NCBI GenBank assembly: GCA_036405895.1 | Contig: DASWWS010000002.1 | Span: 20,903 to 84,902, forward strand | Source of the DNA: Minisyncoccota bacterium | GTDB lineage: Bacteria; Patescibacteriota; Minisyncoccia; Phycocordibacterales; UBA9973 | DNA length: 64,000 nt | Reading direction: 5' to 3' | Shown here: positions 39,773-48,718 of the stretch, piece by piece | How the letters are laid out: each line of letters opens with the position of its first letter | Position numbering within the stretch: the first letter of the stretch is position 1 | The notes under the pieces: generated by a model | What the model saw: only the letters and a program-made list of their open reading frames with translations | Databases searched by the model: none | Told to the model about the DNA's origin: nothing | Position numbers and translations under genes: made by a program

Positions 39773-41497
39773 ATGGTGGAAGAGCGAAAGACAGCGCATA
39801 TTCCCGACCCTGAAGAGGGTGTGATTCGCGTGATTCCTCTTGGAGGCGTGGAAGAAATCGGAAAGAACATGACCGTTATTGAAATCGGCGACGACATCAT
39901 CGTCATCGATGCAGGTATGGCGTTTTCAAACGAAACTACTCCGGGTATCGACTACGTGATCCCGAACACCCGCTACCTCGAAGAGCGCAAGCACAAAATT
40001 CGAGCGCTTATCATAACCCACGGACACCTCGACCACATCGGAGGAGTGCCGCTGGTACTCTCTCGCATCGGCAACCCGCCAGTGTATTCCCGCAACCTGA
40101 CAGTATTGATGCTGAAAAAGCGCCAGGCTGAATTCCCGCATCTTCCCGCAATGAACACGGTGATTGTTGAGAACAACGAAACAGTGACACTCGGAAAAAT
40201 GCGCGTGAAATTCTGGGGCGTAACGCACACTATTCCCGACTCTATGGGGGTAATTATCGAAACACCGCACGGCATACTCGCAAACCCTGGAGACTACAAG
40301 CTCGACCAAATTGACGGCATTGTGACAGAAAGCGAAGAGAAGGCGTACAAGATCTTTGACTCAATGAAGACCTTGCTTCTTTTTACCGACTCTACCAACA
40401 TCGAAAACGAAGGCTTCTCATTGCCTGAGATCAAGGTGCACCAGGGGCTCGAGACGATTCTCCGCCGCGAAAGCAACCAACGCGTTATCATTGCAGCCTT
40501 TGCCTCTCATATCACGCGCCTTATCAAGCTCGTGGAAATTGCCGAATCATTGGGCAAGCACATCTTCCTCAATGGCCGCTCAATGAAGACAAACATTGAA
40601 ATTGCGATTCAGGCAGGCCTCCTCAAGCCAAAGAAGGACACTATTGTATCAATGGATGAAATCGACAGATTCCCTCCTCACAAGTGCATCGTGCTTTCAA
40701 CCGGCGGACAAGGTGAAGAATTCTCCGGATTGATGCGCGCCGCAAACAAGACCGACAAAAAGTTTGCGCTGAAGAAAACAGACACGGTGATTCTTTCGTC
40801 ATCTGTTATTCCAGGAAACGAACGCGCAATCGAGCGCATGAAGGACGGCATCGCGCGCCAGGGTGTAAAAATCATCGGCTACCGAACTCCGGGCGAAGAA
40901 TACGTGCACGCAACCGGACACGGAAACAAAGAAGACGTTCGATGGCTGCACCGCAAAGTGAATGAAAAATTCTTTATTCCTATTCACGGCAACCACTACC
41001 GACTCCAGCAGCACAAGGACCTTGCAATGGAGCTTGGTGTTCCTGAAAACAACATTGTTGTTCCCGACAACGGAAGCATTATTGAAATCTCTGCTGACGG
41101 AGAGCGCATCAGCGTTCGCAAAGAAAAAGCTCCTGCACAGGCAATGATGGTGGACGGCTTCTCTATCGGCGACGAGCAGACTGTTGTTATCCGCGACCGA
41201 CAAATGCTCGCAGAAGACGGCATGTTCGTTGTGATGGCCCTTGTAGACGCGAAAACAGGCCTTCTGAAGAAGTCTCCTGACCTTATCTCTCGTGGATTCG
41301 TATATCTTAAGGAAAACCAAGAACTCCTTCGCACAGCACGCACATTGATTAAGCGCACCATCGAGCAAAGCACTAAAGGGCAAAACCCTATCGACTTTGA
41401 CATGGCAAAAAATGCTGTTGCGGAAACGGTTTCAAAATACCTCTTCCAGAACACGGCAAAGCGCCCGCTCGTTATCCCAGTTATCTTGGCAATCTAA
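39773..41497 (+). CDS. rnj: ribonuclease J (metallo-beta-lactamase / beta-CASP RNase)
   Basis: IRVIPLGGVEEIGKNM start region, HGHLDHIGG zinc motif; ATG 39773 has an AGGAAAAC Shine-Dalgarno; in-frame upstream extension to 39593 (RG/Pro-rich, 60 aa) is questionable. Confidence 0.8.
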   Translation: MVEERKTAHIPDPEEGVIRVIPLGGVEEIGKNMTVIEIGDDIIVIDAGMAFSNETTPGIDYVIPNTRYLEERKHKIRALIITHGHLDHIGGVPLVLSRIGNPPVYSRNLTVLMLKKRQAEFPHLPAMNTVIVENNETVTLGKMRVKFWGVTHTIPDSMGVIIETPHGILANPGDYKLDQIDGIVTESEEKAYKIFDSMKTLLLFTDSTNIENEGFSLPEIKVHQGLETILRRESNQRVIIAAFASHITRLIKLVEIAESLGKHIFLNGRSMKTNIEIAIQAGLLKPKKDTIVSMDEIDRFPPHKCIVLSTGGQGEEFSGLMRAANKTDKKFALKKTDTVILSSSVIPGNERAIERMKDGIARQGVKIIGYRTPGEEYVHATGHGNKEDVRWLHRKVNEKFFIPIHGNHYRLQQHKDLAMELGVPENNIVVPDNGSIIEISADGERISVRKEKAPAQAMMVDGFSIGDEQTVVIRDRQMLAEDGMFVVMALVDAKTGLLKKSPDLISRGFVYLKENQELLRTARTLIKRTIEQSTKGQNPIDFDMAKNAVAETVSKYLFQNTAKRPLVIPVILAI

Positions 41498-41533
41498 TCC
41501 TCACCGCGCTTTAAACTGCGCTATACTACCCCT

Positions 41534-42679
41534 ATGAAAAAACTTCGAGTTGTATTCCTTGCGTCATTCTTTTTCGCAATTCACCTTGCCCTTGTCGCCT
41601 ATATACACTCAAGCATGCTCGGAGAGCACGTGAGCGCAAATATTGTAAGCGTCTTGTTTGCCATTGCCTCCGCGCTCTCTATCCTTCTTACCCTCTCGGC
41701 CCCGCGGCTGATGCGAAGCTTTGGGACTGTGCGCGTGACACTTGCAGTGATACTCTTCTCCGCGCTTTTGTTGTGGGTATTGGGCACTGCGACAAGCGAA
41801 TATGTTCTCTTGGCTGCGTTTGTTGTCTACTTTGCGCTCAACGCGTGCATTCTCTATGCGCTCGACATATTTATCGAGCACTATAGCGCGGACGCGGCAA
41901 CAGGGAATATCCGAGGGCTCATGCTTACCATCATGAATGTCGGATGGGTTGGAATGCCGGTATTGGTGGGCATGATTTCAACGCGCTACGGCTTTAATGC
42001 CGTGTATTTGATTTCGGCAATTGCGATTTCTGTATGCGGCATCGTCATCGCAATCAGCCAGCGGAAGTTTGTCGCGCGGCCGCAAAGTGCGCCAAACCTT
42101 GTGGCGGCATTTGCCCGCATACGAAAAACGCCGGCGCTTCGCCGGGTGATATCATTGAACTTTTTATTGCAGTTTTTCTTTTCGTGGATGGCGCTCTATG
42201 TGCCCTTATATCTTATCCAGACGCTTGGCTTTGGCTGGGGCACGATAGGCGCGATATTCTCGTTCATGCTCATCCCTTTTATACTATTCCCCTACCCGAT
42301 GGGGCGCATTGCGGATAAGTGGCTCGGCGAAAAAGAGCTCATGATTACTGCGCTGACAATCATGGCAGTTGCCGTTGTGGCGCTTGCCGTAGTCAGTGCT
42401 CCAAGCGCAATCTTGGTAGCCGGGATTCTTTTCTCTACCCGTATTGGAGCGAGCACGCTTGAGGTGATGAATGACAGCTACTTTTTCAAGCAGGTCACGG
42501 ACACCGACACAGAAGTGATAAGCTTTTACCGCATCATGCAGCCCTTTGCGTATGTTATTGGGCCGATGGCGGGAGCCGGGCTTCTTTTCTTCCTTTCGTA
42601 TACCGGGCTATTCGTATTTCTTGCAGGACTGCTGCTTCTCGGAGCGCTCTATGCATTTCGCATAGTTGATACTCGCTAA
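41534..42679 (+). CDS. major facilitator superfamily transporter
   Basis: 381 aa, about 12 TM helices with MFS-like loop between TM6 and TM7. Confidence 0.7.
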   Translation: MKKLRVVFLASFFFAIHLALVAYIHSSMLGEHVSANIVSVLFAIASALSILLTLSAPRLMRSFGTVRVTLAVILFSALLLWVLGTATSEYVLLAAFVVYFALNACILYALDIFIEHYSADAATGNIRGLMLTIMNVGWVGMPVLVGMISTRYGFNAVYLISAIAISVCGIVIAISQRKFVARPQSAPNLVAAFARIRKTPALRRVISLNFLLQFFFSWMALYVPLYLIQTLGFGWGTIGAIFSFMLIPFILFPYPMGRIADKWLGEKELMITALTIMAVAVVALAVVSAPSAILVAGILFSTRIGASTLEVMNDSYFFKQVTDTDTEVISFYRIMQPFAYVIGPMAGAGLLFFLSYTGLFVFLAGLLLLGALYAFRIVDTR

Positions 42680-42684
42680 CGTAA

Positions 42685-43893
42685 CTAAATAGCCGGCGCT
42701 TCAGCAAGTGTCACCTTATACGGAGTCGTAACGCCGGCGCGTAGTACAACCAGCGTTACTGTCGTTCCGACAGTTTTTTGGCGTATAAGAGAGGCAAAGC
42801 TGTGCGCCTGGTCGAGCTTCACGCCGTTGAATGTGAGAATAATGTCTCCGCTCATAATACCAGCTGCCGCTGCAGGAGAGCCTGCAAGTACGGCGGCGCC
42901 AGTACCTGTTTTACCCTCTTCAATGACGACTCCATAGTTCACCGAAAGTCCGCGCTCGGCCGCAATTTCGGGAGTGATTTGCGTATAGCGAACGCCGACA
43001 TACGGGCGGATAATGCGGCCTGTTTTTTGCACCGATGTTATTGCCTGCTTCACGTCATTAATAGGGAGCGCAAAGCCCACGCTCTGAGAAGTCAGCGCGC
43101 TTGCTACACTTACTCCGACTACTTCGCCCTTAAGGTTCAACAATGGCCCACCTGAGTTTCCTTTATTGATTGCCGCATCGGTTTGAATGACTGCATCGAG
43201 ATACTCCGAGTCACCGTTGCTTCCGCGAGCAACAACGCTTCGGGAAAGGCCGGAGATTACACCGACAGAAACAGAGTTTTGGAATGTGCCCAATGCGTAG
43301 CCGATAGCGACAACGCTTTGGCCGGTGGAGAGCGTATCAGAATTCCCTAAAGCAAGTGGCGTAAAGCCCGAGCCCGATACGCGCATGATAGCGATATCCA
43401 ATACCGGGTCGGTTGCGGCAAGAGTGGCCGGGCGCTCTTTGCCGTCTGTCGTAGTGACAGTGAAGGTTGCACCAGGAGTATCCACCACGTGGCGATTGGT
43501 AACAAGCATGCCGCTTGATGAAACAAAGAATCCTGTTCCCTTTCCAACTACTTTCCCAACGCTGTTGGTAAGCGTGATAGAGACAACGCTGTCGTCGGCC
43601 TTTGCAACTACCTCCGTCACCGAAAGCGGAATATCCTCGGCCTCCTCTACAGAAGCTGTGTCTGATGCAACTGCCACCTCACCGCCTGCAAGCGGAACAA
43701 CCGGTGTTTCAGGAATTTCCCGCAATTGCGGCGCGGGTACATAGAGCGCAATAGAAGTAAGTATTCGGTCCTTAAACGCCCATAATACGCCCGCTACGAG
43801 CATCAAAAGCACCAAACCTGCTGCAAGGCTGATAAGAAATACCCGGCCTATAAAGCGAAAATGTCGAAGTTTTCGCGGTGTCATTCTAAACAT
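42685..43893 (-). CDS. HtrA/DegP-family trypsin-like serine protease with C-terminal PDZ domain
   Basis: N-terminal TM; catalytic triad context (TNRHVV His, Asp, GNSGGPLLN Ser) and PDZ (GDIILTFNGVKL). Confidence 0.85.
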   Translation of the reverse strand: MFRMTPRKLRHFRFIGRVFLISLAAGLVLLMLVAGVLWAFKDRILTSIALYVPAPQLREIPETPVVPLAGGEVAVASDTASVEEAEDIPLSVTEVVAKADDSVVSITLTNSVGKVVGKGTGFFVSSSGMLVTNRHVVDTPGATFTVTTTDGKERPATLAATDPVLDIAIMRVSGSGFTPLALGNSDTLSTGQSVVAIGYALGTFQNSVSVGVISGLSRSVVARGSNGDSEYLDAVIQTDAAINKGNSGGPLLNLKGEVVGVSVASALTSQSVGFALPINDVKQAITSVQKTGRIIRPYVGVRYTQITPEIAAERGLSVNYGVVIEEGKTGTGAAVLAGSPAAAAGIMSGDIILTFNGVKLDQAHSFASLIRQKTVGTTVTLVVLRAGVTTPYKVTLAEAPAI

Positions 43894-43950
43894 ATAGCCT
43901 ATTGTAGTAAAAAGCCCCTCAGAATACTAGCAATCCCCCCTAAAAGAATT

Positions 43951-43969
43951 CAGAAGGACCGTCCTTCTG
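43951..43969. repeat. type A GGAC-N-GTCC hairpin repeat
   Basis: cagaaggaccgtccttctg, identical to 6863 copy. Confidence 0.85.
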
Positions 43970-43971
43970 AA

Positions 43972-43996
43972 CCTAGCAATGACCGTCCTTGCTAGG
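43972..43996. repeat. type B hairpin repeat (cctagcaatgaccgtccttgctagg), one arm mismatch; contains stop codon of 43992..44807
   Basis: 12+1+12 palindrome with single T/C mismatch; TAG stop (43992-43994 rc) lies in right arm. Confidence 0.8.
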
Positions 43997-44807
43997 ATTT
44001 TATTTGATAGGTATTCCCCTTCTTTTCGATGAGATGTTCGGCTATAAGCTGGGCGATGGCGGTGTTGTAGCGAGGAGTATCAAATTGTACTTTCTTGCGG
44101 AGAATAGAAACGGTGTGCGGACCACTCGCAAGCACTTTGATAATTGCGCCGCGCACTTCGCGGACCGAGCCCTTGAGCGGGCTTTGCTTTTTGTACTGCG
44201 CAGAGTTGCGGTGAATCTTCACTCCACTCGTTTTGAGAAAGCTTCCGTAGTCCATAAGTGCCCAATACCACTCTCGAGGATTTTTTCTATCAAGCGTTTC
44301 TTCAATGATCGGCATTAATACTTTGTCATCCACCAACTCAAACGACTCAGGAAAGAAATGATGTATATACACCGTGCGGATATTTGTTTCAATAAACACG
44401 TCCGGCATATTGTATGCAAAGGTAGCTATTGCGCGCGCAGTGTAATGCCCAACTCCCGGAAGCGTTTCAAGCTCTGAAACTGTTTTGGGAAATTTCCCTT
44501 TATAGTGGCGCAACACCGTTTCCGCCATTGCTTTCAAAAATTTTGCACGGCGGTTGTAGCCGAGGCCCGTCCATACTTTCAATACGTCGGCCAGCGACGC
44601 GGCAGCGAGTGCTTTTGCATTGGGGAACAATTTCAAAAACTCTTTGTATTTTTCCTTCACGCGTGCAACTTGGGTCTGTTGCAGCATTACTTCGGAAACG
44701 GCTATCTTATATGGGTCGGTCGTTTGCCGCCATGCCAAATCATGCCTCCCTTCCGCTTTATAGTAGGCATATACGATTTTTACGAAGGCTTTCTCGTTCG
44801 CATTCAT
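43992..44807 (-). CDS. HhH-GPD base-excision DNA glycosylase (MutY/Nth superfamily), flanked by hairpin-repeat pairs
   Basis: helix-hairpin-helix LPGVGHYTARAI with Gly/Pro-rich loop and downstream catalytic Asp region; no obvious C-terminal 4Cys Fe-S cluster; ATG 44805-44807 (track ORF starts at GTG 44834). Confidence 0.7.
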   Translation of the reverse strand: MNANEKAFVKIVYAYYKAEGRHDLAWRQTTDPYKIAVSEVMLQQTQVARVKEKYKEFLKLFPNAKALAAASLADVLKVWTGLGYNRRAKFLKAMAETVLRHYKGKFPKTVSELETLPGVGHYTARAIATFAYNMPDVFIETNIRTVYIHHFFPESFELVDDKVLMPIIEETLDRKNPREWYWALMDYGSFLKTSGVKIHRNSAQYKKQSPLKGSVREVRGAIIKVLASGPHTVSILRKKVQFDTPRYNTAIAQLIAEHLIEKKGNTYQIKS

Positions 44808-44833
44808 ATGGGGTACTGTATCACAAAAAAGCA

Positions 44834-44857
44834 CCTAGCAAGGACGGTCCTTACTAG
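44834..44857. repeat. type B hairpin repeat (cctagcaaggacggtccttactag), right arm 1 mismatch
   Basis: in 5' leader of MutY-like gene. Confidence 0.75.
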
Positions 44858-44860
44858 TTT

Positions 44861-44879
44861 CAGAAGGACCGTCCTTCTG
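44861..44879. repeat. type A hairpin repeat
   Basis: cagaaggaccgtccttctg. Confidence 0.85.
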
Positions 44880-44934
44880 AGAATTTCCGAGAAAAGAGTT
44901 TAGTGTTCGGTGTACGGTGTACACCGTGGGATAC

Positions 44935-44970
44935 AAAAAACCGCCCCTCTATTTAAGGGGGCGGTTTTTT
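44935..44970. terminator. bidirectional rho-independent terminator
   Basis: aaaaaa-ccgcccctctatttaagggggcgg-tttttt. Confidence 0.75.
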
Positions 44971-44980
44971 GTATCAGTAC

Positions 44981-45130
44981 TTAAAACGGATTTTCTCCGC
45001 GGATGATGCGGATGAGGATCATCACGACAGCCACCACAAGAAGAATGTGAATGAAGTTACCGATAGTGTAAATACCGATAAATCCGAGGAACCAAAGAAT
45101 CAGAAGCAGAATTGCAATCGTTGTTAGCAT
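44981..45130 (-). CDS. small hydrophobic membrane protein (49 aa), lmo0937/YqaE-like
   Basis: not in ORF track (<60 aa); MLTTIAILLLILWFLGFIGIYTIGNFIHILLVVAVVMILIRIIRGENPF; ATG 45128-45130, terminator immediately downstream. Confidence 0.45.
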   Translation of the reverse strand: MLTTIAILLLILWFLGFIGIYTIGNFIHILLVVAVVMILIRIIRGENPF

Positions 45131-45192
45131 ATGAATATTTATTTACTTCTAATACTTACATTGTAGCCATAATGGGTACAATTGTGCAACCC

Positions 45193-45834
45193 CTATTGTA
45201 CTGTAACGGTATCAATCACTTCGGCAAGCTTTTGCTCTACTGCGATGTGGTCAAATTCTTTGATGCCGAGTTCTGGCGGATAATGGCCCACGTTCACGGA
45301 GTGCACTACTGTGTTGAGCATCACGCAGGTATCGTTTTTCACCATGCGGTAGCTTGTCGTCTCATAGTAATTCCCCGCACCGGCATCTCCGAGCGTAAAC
45401 ACTGTCCACTGATTTCGTGTTCCCGCCAGCACTTCGCCGTTTTGCGGCAGGGTGCAAGAATCCCGCTCTCCAGGCGAAGCATACAGAGTGATCCACGCTT
45501 CAGAAAAATTGGTTCCCGGCTGAAAGCTCTTGGGGAGAGAGATTTCAAACAGCGGGTTAAAGGGGGTAGGGTCTTCCTGGTCCCACACCATGTATGTCCC
45601 TTCCAGCGCAGGCTGTGGCACAAAGTCCGCACTGTAGCGAAGCGTAATGCCGTACTCGGCGTTTGCATATACAGTGGCATCATTTACCTGATTTGCAGAG
45701 GGCTCTGGCACCACGGGAGCATTCGCAACGGGGCGCTTGCCCGACATCAGAAAGAGCAGAAGCCCTCCGACAATAAGTACGGAGACGATAATGAGAAGCC
45801 CGTTGATTTGCTGCTGGTGGTGTTCGTTATGCAT
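45193..45834 (-). CDS. hypothetical secreted/membrane-anchored protein
   Basis: His/Gln-rich N-terminus then TM anchor; beta-rich; no family. Confidence 0.4.
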   Translation of the reverse strand: MHNEHHQQQINGLLIIVSVLIVGGLLLFLMSGKRPVANAPVVPEPSANQVNDATVYANAEYGITLRYSADFVPQPALEGTYMVWDQEDPTPFNPLFEISLPKSFQPGTNFSEAWITLYASPGERDSCTLPQNGEVLAGTRNQWTVFTLGDAGAGNYYETTSYRMVKNDTCVMLNTVVHSVNVGHYPPELGIKEFDHIAVEQKLAEVIDTVTVQ

Positions 45835-45909
45835 ACACACAGTATAACAAAATGCCGCAGGCCTTGTCGTCTGCAGCATTGTGTTTATAGAAAGAAAGGT
45901 CAGTAGTAA

Positions 45910-46347
45910 TTATTTTGACGCTTTCTTCGCAGCTTTTTTCACTGCACTTTTTGCAACTTTCTTTGCCGCACCTGCCGCCTTTTTAGCGGGAGATTTCTTG
46001 GCGCCAGAAGATTTTGCAGAAGTCTTTGTGATTCCTTTCCACTGCGCTTTTAGCATGTCTGAGAACATGCGGATTTCCATTTCGCTTACCTTGCCCGCCT
46101 TTGCGTACTTTGCGGCCACAACGTCAACGATTTTTCCGTACACGTCTTCAGTAAGGTCTTTGGCATCCTCCATCTTTTCGATGATTTCGCCTTTCATTTT
46201 GATCATCCAACCCTTGAGGCTGTTGCGGTTCTTTTTTCCCTCAGGACCAAAGAAGTAGTAGGAGGCAGCAGCGAGTGCCACAACTCCTGCTCCAACTGCA
46301 GCAACATTGCCGGCTGACATTGAATCTTTCTGTGTTTTTTTCTTCAT
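45910..46347 (-). CDS. YtxH-like membrane-anchored protein with Lys/Ala-rich tail
   Basis: N-terminal TM, amphipathic coiled region, KKxAK repeats at C-terminus. Confidence 0.4.
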   Translation of the reverse strand: MKKKTQKDSMSAGNVAAVGAGVVALAAASYYFFGPEGKKNRNSLKGWMIKMKGEIIEKMEDAKDLTEDVYGKIVDVVAAKYAKAGKVSEMEIRMFSDMLKAQWKGITKTSAKSSGAKKSPAKKAAGAAKKVAKSAVKKAAKKASK

Positions 46348-46362
46348 GATTTTACTGCTCTC

Positions 46363-46626
46363 TTAATCTGATAATACCTTCTTAGTATACTTCTTTCTTT
46401 TGCGGAATAAAAGCGAGAAGAGAGAACTTTGCTGAAGGTCCAAGACAAGCTCTTTGGCGGTGTCTCCGATAGTGTCGATATCGCGCTCCACTTTTTCTGC
46501 AATGCGAGAGACGGTTTTGAATATCCCAATCAGATAGATGCCGAGCACCAAGAGCACCAGAAAGAGCGCTACAAAGCCGACGCTGCTGATAAGGAAAAAA
46601 GTGTTTGCGTGTTCCAAAGTCTGCAT
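46363..46626 (-). CDS. DUF948/YtxH-like small membrane protein
   Basis: 87 aa, single TM followed by coiled-coil. Confidence 0.35.
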   Translation of the reverse strand: MQTLEHANTFFLISSVGFVALFLVLLVLGIYLIGIFKTVSRIAEKVERDIDTIGDTAKELVLDLQQSSLFSLLFRKRKKYTKKVLSD

Positions 46627-46627
46627 A

Positions 46628-46975
46628 TTAGTTCTTTGTTTCCACTACGGTAACTTCTTCAACAACAATCGGTTCGCTGGTGTGCACTACTGTCGTTGTA
46701 GGAGTTTCCATCAAAAGCTTTTTGTGCTCTTCAAGATCGTCTGCAAGCTTTTTGTTGTGCTTTTTCAGGGAGGAGTTCTTGAACTCTTTGTTGAGAATAG
46801 CAGGAAGCGCGAGCAATAGCCCAATCAAAACACCCGCGATAACTGCAAGGAGCACCAATACGGCAATCGTGCCGCTAAACTGCCATACCAAAAACGTAAC
46901 GGTAACAGGAACAATATTCTGCAGGATAAACAATACGACTGCAGCCCCGATCAATAATCCAATGATGAATAACAT
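46628..46975 (-). CDS. LapA-like (DUF1049) inner-membrane protein
   Basis: two TM helices then acidic coiled tail. Confidence 0.35.
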   Translation of the reverse strand: MLFIIGLLIGAAVVLFILQNIVPVTVTFLVWQFSGTIAVLVLLAVIAGVLIGLLLALPAILNKEFKNSSLKKHNKKLADDLEEHKKLLMETPTTTVVHTSEPIVVEEVTVVETKN

Positions 46976-47224
46976 ATGTATAAAAACTCTCTCTATTGCT
47001 GCTAATTACCCTTTCAGTATAGCATTTTTAAAAAACGCATCATACACCCCGCGCGGGCCAAGACTAGCCAGCTTCGGCAATTACTCTGTGCCGAAGCCGC
47101 TGTTGCGCAGCCTTGGCCCGCGCGCGAAGTACCATTCCTGCAGTGTAAAACATGGGACATGAAATTTTCCTTAAGAAAGAGTATAGTTATAGAGAACTAT
47201 TATTCATGTAATTTACGAATACTT

Positions 47225-47581
47225 ATGGAAACAACAAATACAGTCAAACCCCTCTATCGCGGCACGCAAATCGTTTGGTACATTTTCTACTTTATTGAAA
47301 CAGTGTTGGCATTCCGCTTCCTTTTGAAGCTTCTTGGAGCAAACACCGGTGCCGGCTTCACCAAGCTTATCTATGGCATCAGCTACCCGTTTGCGGAACC
47401 GTTTCGCTACGTAGTGGGCTCTCCTCGCGTTGGAGGAAGCACGCTTGAATGGGGCACACTTCTTGCAATGCTCGTGTACTGGATCGTTGCGTGGGGCATC
47501 GTTCGCCTGATTGTTATGGGTAAGCCCGTTTCTCAAGTAGAAGCGCACGTTAAGCTCAACGAGCAGGACGTTACGAACTAG
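47225..47581 (+). CDS. YggT-family membrane protein
   Basis: YGGT repeat signature (RFLLKLLGANTGAGF...; W...VRLIVMG); ATG 47225. Confidence 0.6.
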   Translation: METTNTVKPLYRGTQIVWYIFYFIETVLAFRFLLKLLGANTGAGFTKLIYGISYPFAEPFRYVVGSPRVGGSTLEWGTLLAMLVYWIVAWGIVRLIVMGKPVSQVEAHVKLNEQDVTN

Positions 47582-47819
47582 TTTCTAGGAGCGCTTGCTT
47601 TTGCGCTCGAGTAAGGCGCTTCAGCGCCGCTTCCCGGCTTCGCGCTTCGCCAAGCGTCGCAAGCTCTTCACTATATCGAAGCACAACGGGCCGGCGAATC
47701 TTTGTATAGTGCGCACCATTCTTTGCAGTATTGTGCTCATGAATACGGCGATTAATATCGGTCGTACTTCCGATATAGAGCGTACCATCGGCGCACTCGA
47801 GCATGTAGACATATCCCAT
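47571..47819 (-). CDS. GIY-YIG nuclease-family protein (UPF0213/YazA-like)
   Basis: GYVYMLECADGTLYIGSTTDINRRIHEHN GIY-YIG core; ATG 47817-47819. Confidence 0.7.
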   Translation of the reverse strand: MGYVYMLECADGTLYIGSTTDINRRIHEHNTAKNGAHYTKIRRPVVLRYSEELATLGEARSREAALKRLTRAQKQALLETSS

Positions 47820-48007
47820 ACACACAGTGTAGCAAAAAGTCCGCCCCATAATGGAGCGGATTTTTTGTAAGCCTTGTCGAGGCGAATAATAAAGTCGTGT
47901 ACAATACTGCGACTCTTATCTATATAGACGCGCAACTAAAAGCTCTCTTACCTTTACAAAAAAGATTTTAGTGGCAAAACATACATTTTCCTGTATACTA
48001 GCATCCT

Positions 48008-48718
48008 ATGAAAACCCTCTCTACCCTTGCCGCCGGCCTTGAACGCCTTGAGCGCGCAATAGCCCACCAGGGCTTGGCATCACGCCGTGAAGCAAAGGCG
48101 CTTATTCTTGCAGGCCAGGTGACGGTCAACGGCACCGTAATCAAAGAAACGGGCTATGGCATAAAGCCTACTGACACGATTGATATCAAAGGCGTTTCAA
48201 CTGCGAAAAAAGAAGCAGTGCTCTTGTACAAGCCGCGCGGACTTGAAACAACTAAAACGCTTCCGAAAGCAAAAGACATCAAAGACAAGTTTCCAAAGCT
48301 CGCCCACCTTTCCCCTGTCGGCCGTCTCGACAAAGAATCCGAGGGTTTAATCATCCTGACAAATGACGGCACGCTCACGCGCGCACTCACCAAAGAGAAT
48401 GCGAGCGTCGACAAAGAATACCTTGTTACCGTGCGCGAAAATATTACAGACGCAAGCCTCGAAAAAATGGCAAAAGGAATCATGCTCGACAAAATCAAAA
48501 CCAAATCGACAACAACAAAACGAGTGTCCCGCTATTCGTTCACCATTGTTCTTCACGAGGGGCGCAAGCACCAAATCCGCCGAATGTGTGCCGCATGCAA
48601 GCTCACTGTTGAGTCGCTCGTACGCATCCGCATCGGACACCTGCTTTCGTCCGGCATGAAGTCAGGAAGCATAAAAAAACTTAGTCCTTCGGATATCGAG
48701 CTTTTGAAACAGGCTTAG
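48008..48718 (+). CDS. rRNA pseudouridine synthase, RsuA/RluB family (S4 domain + catalytic domain)
   Basis: S4 (GLASRREAKALILAGQVTVNG), catalytic Asp motif GRLDKESEGLIILTNDG. Confidence 0.8.
   Translation: MKTLSTLAAGLERLERAIAHQGLASRREAKALILAGQVTVNGTVIKETGYGIKPTDTIDIKGVSTAKKEAVLLYKPRGLETTKTLPKAKDIKDKFPKLAHLSPVGRLDKESEGLIILTNDGTLTRALTKENASVDKEYLVTVRENITDASLEKMAKGIMLDKIKTKSTTTKRVSRYSFTIVLHEGRKHQIRRMCAACKLTVESLVRIRIGHLLSSGMKSGSIKKLSPSDIELLKQA

Noticed and set aside
47835-47868. aaaagtccgccccataatggagcggatttttt as a terminator
   Set aside because: Stem is short and imperfect (tccgc/gcgga) and it lies at the 5' end of the GIY-YIG gene region; retained only as a possible weak hairpin.
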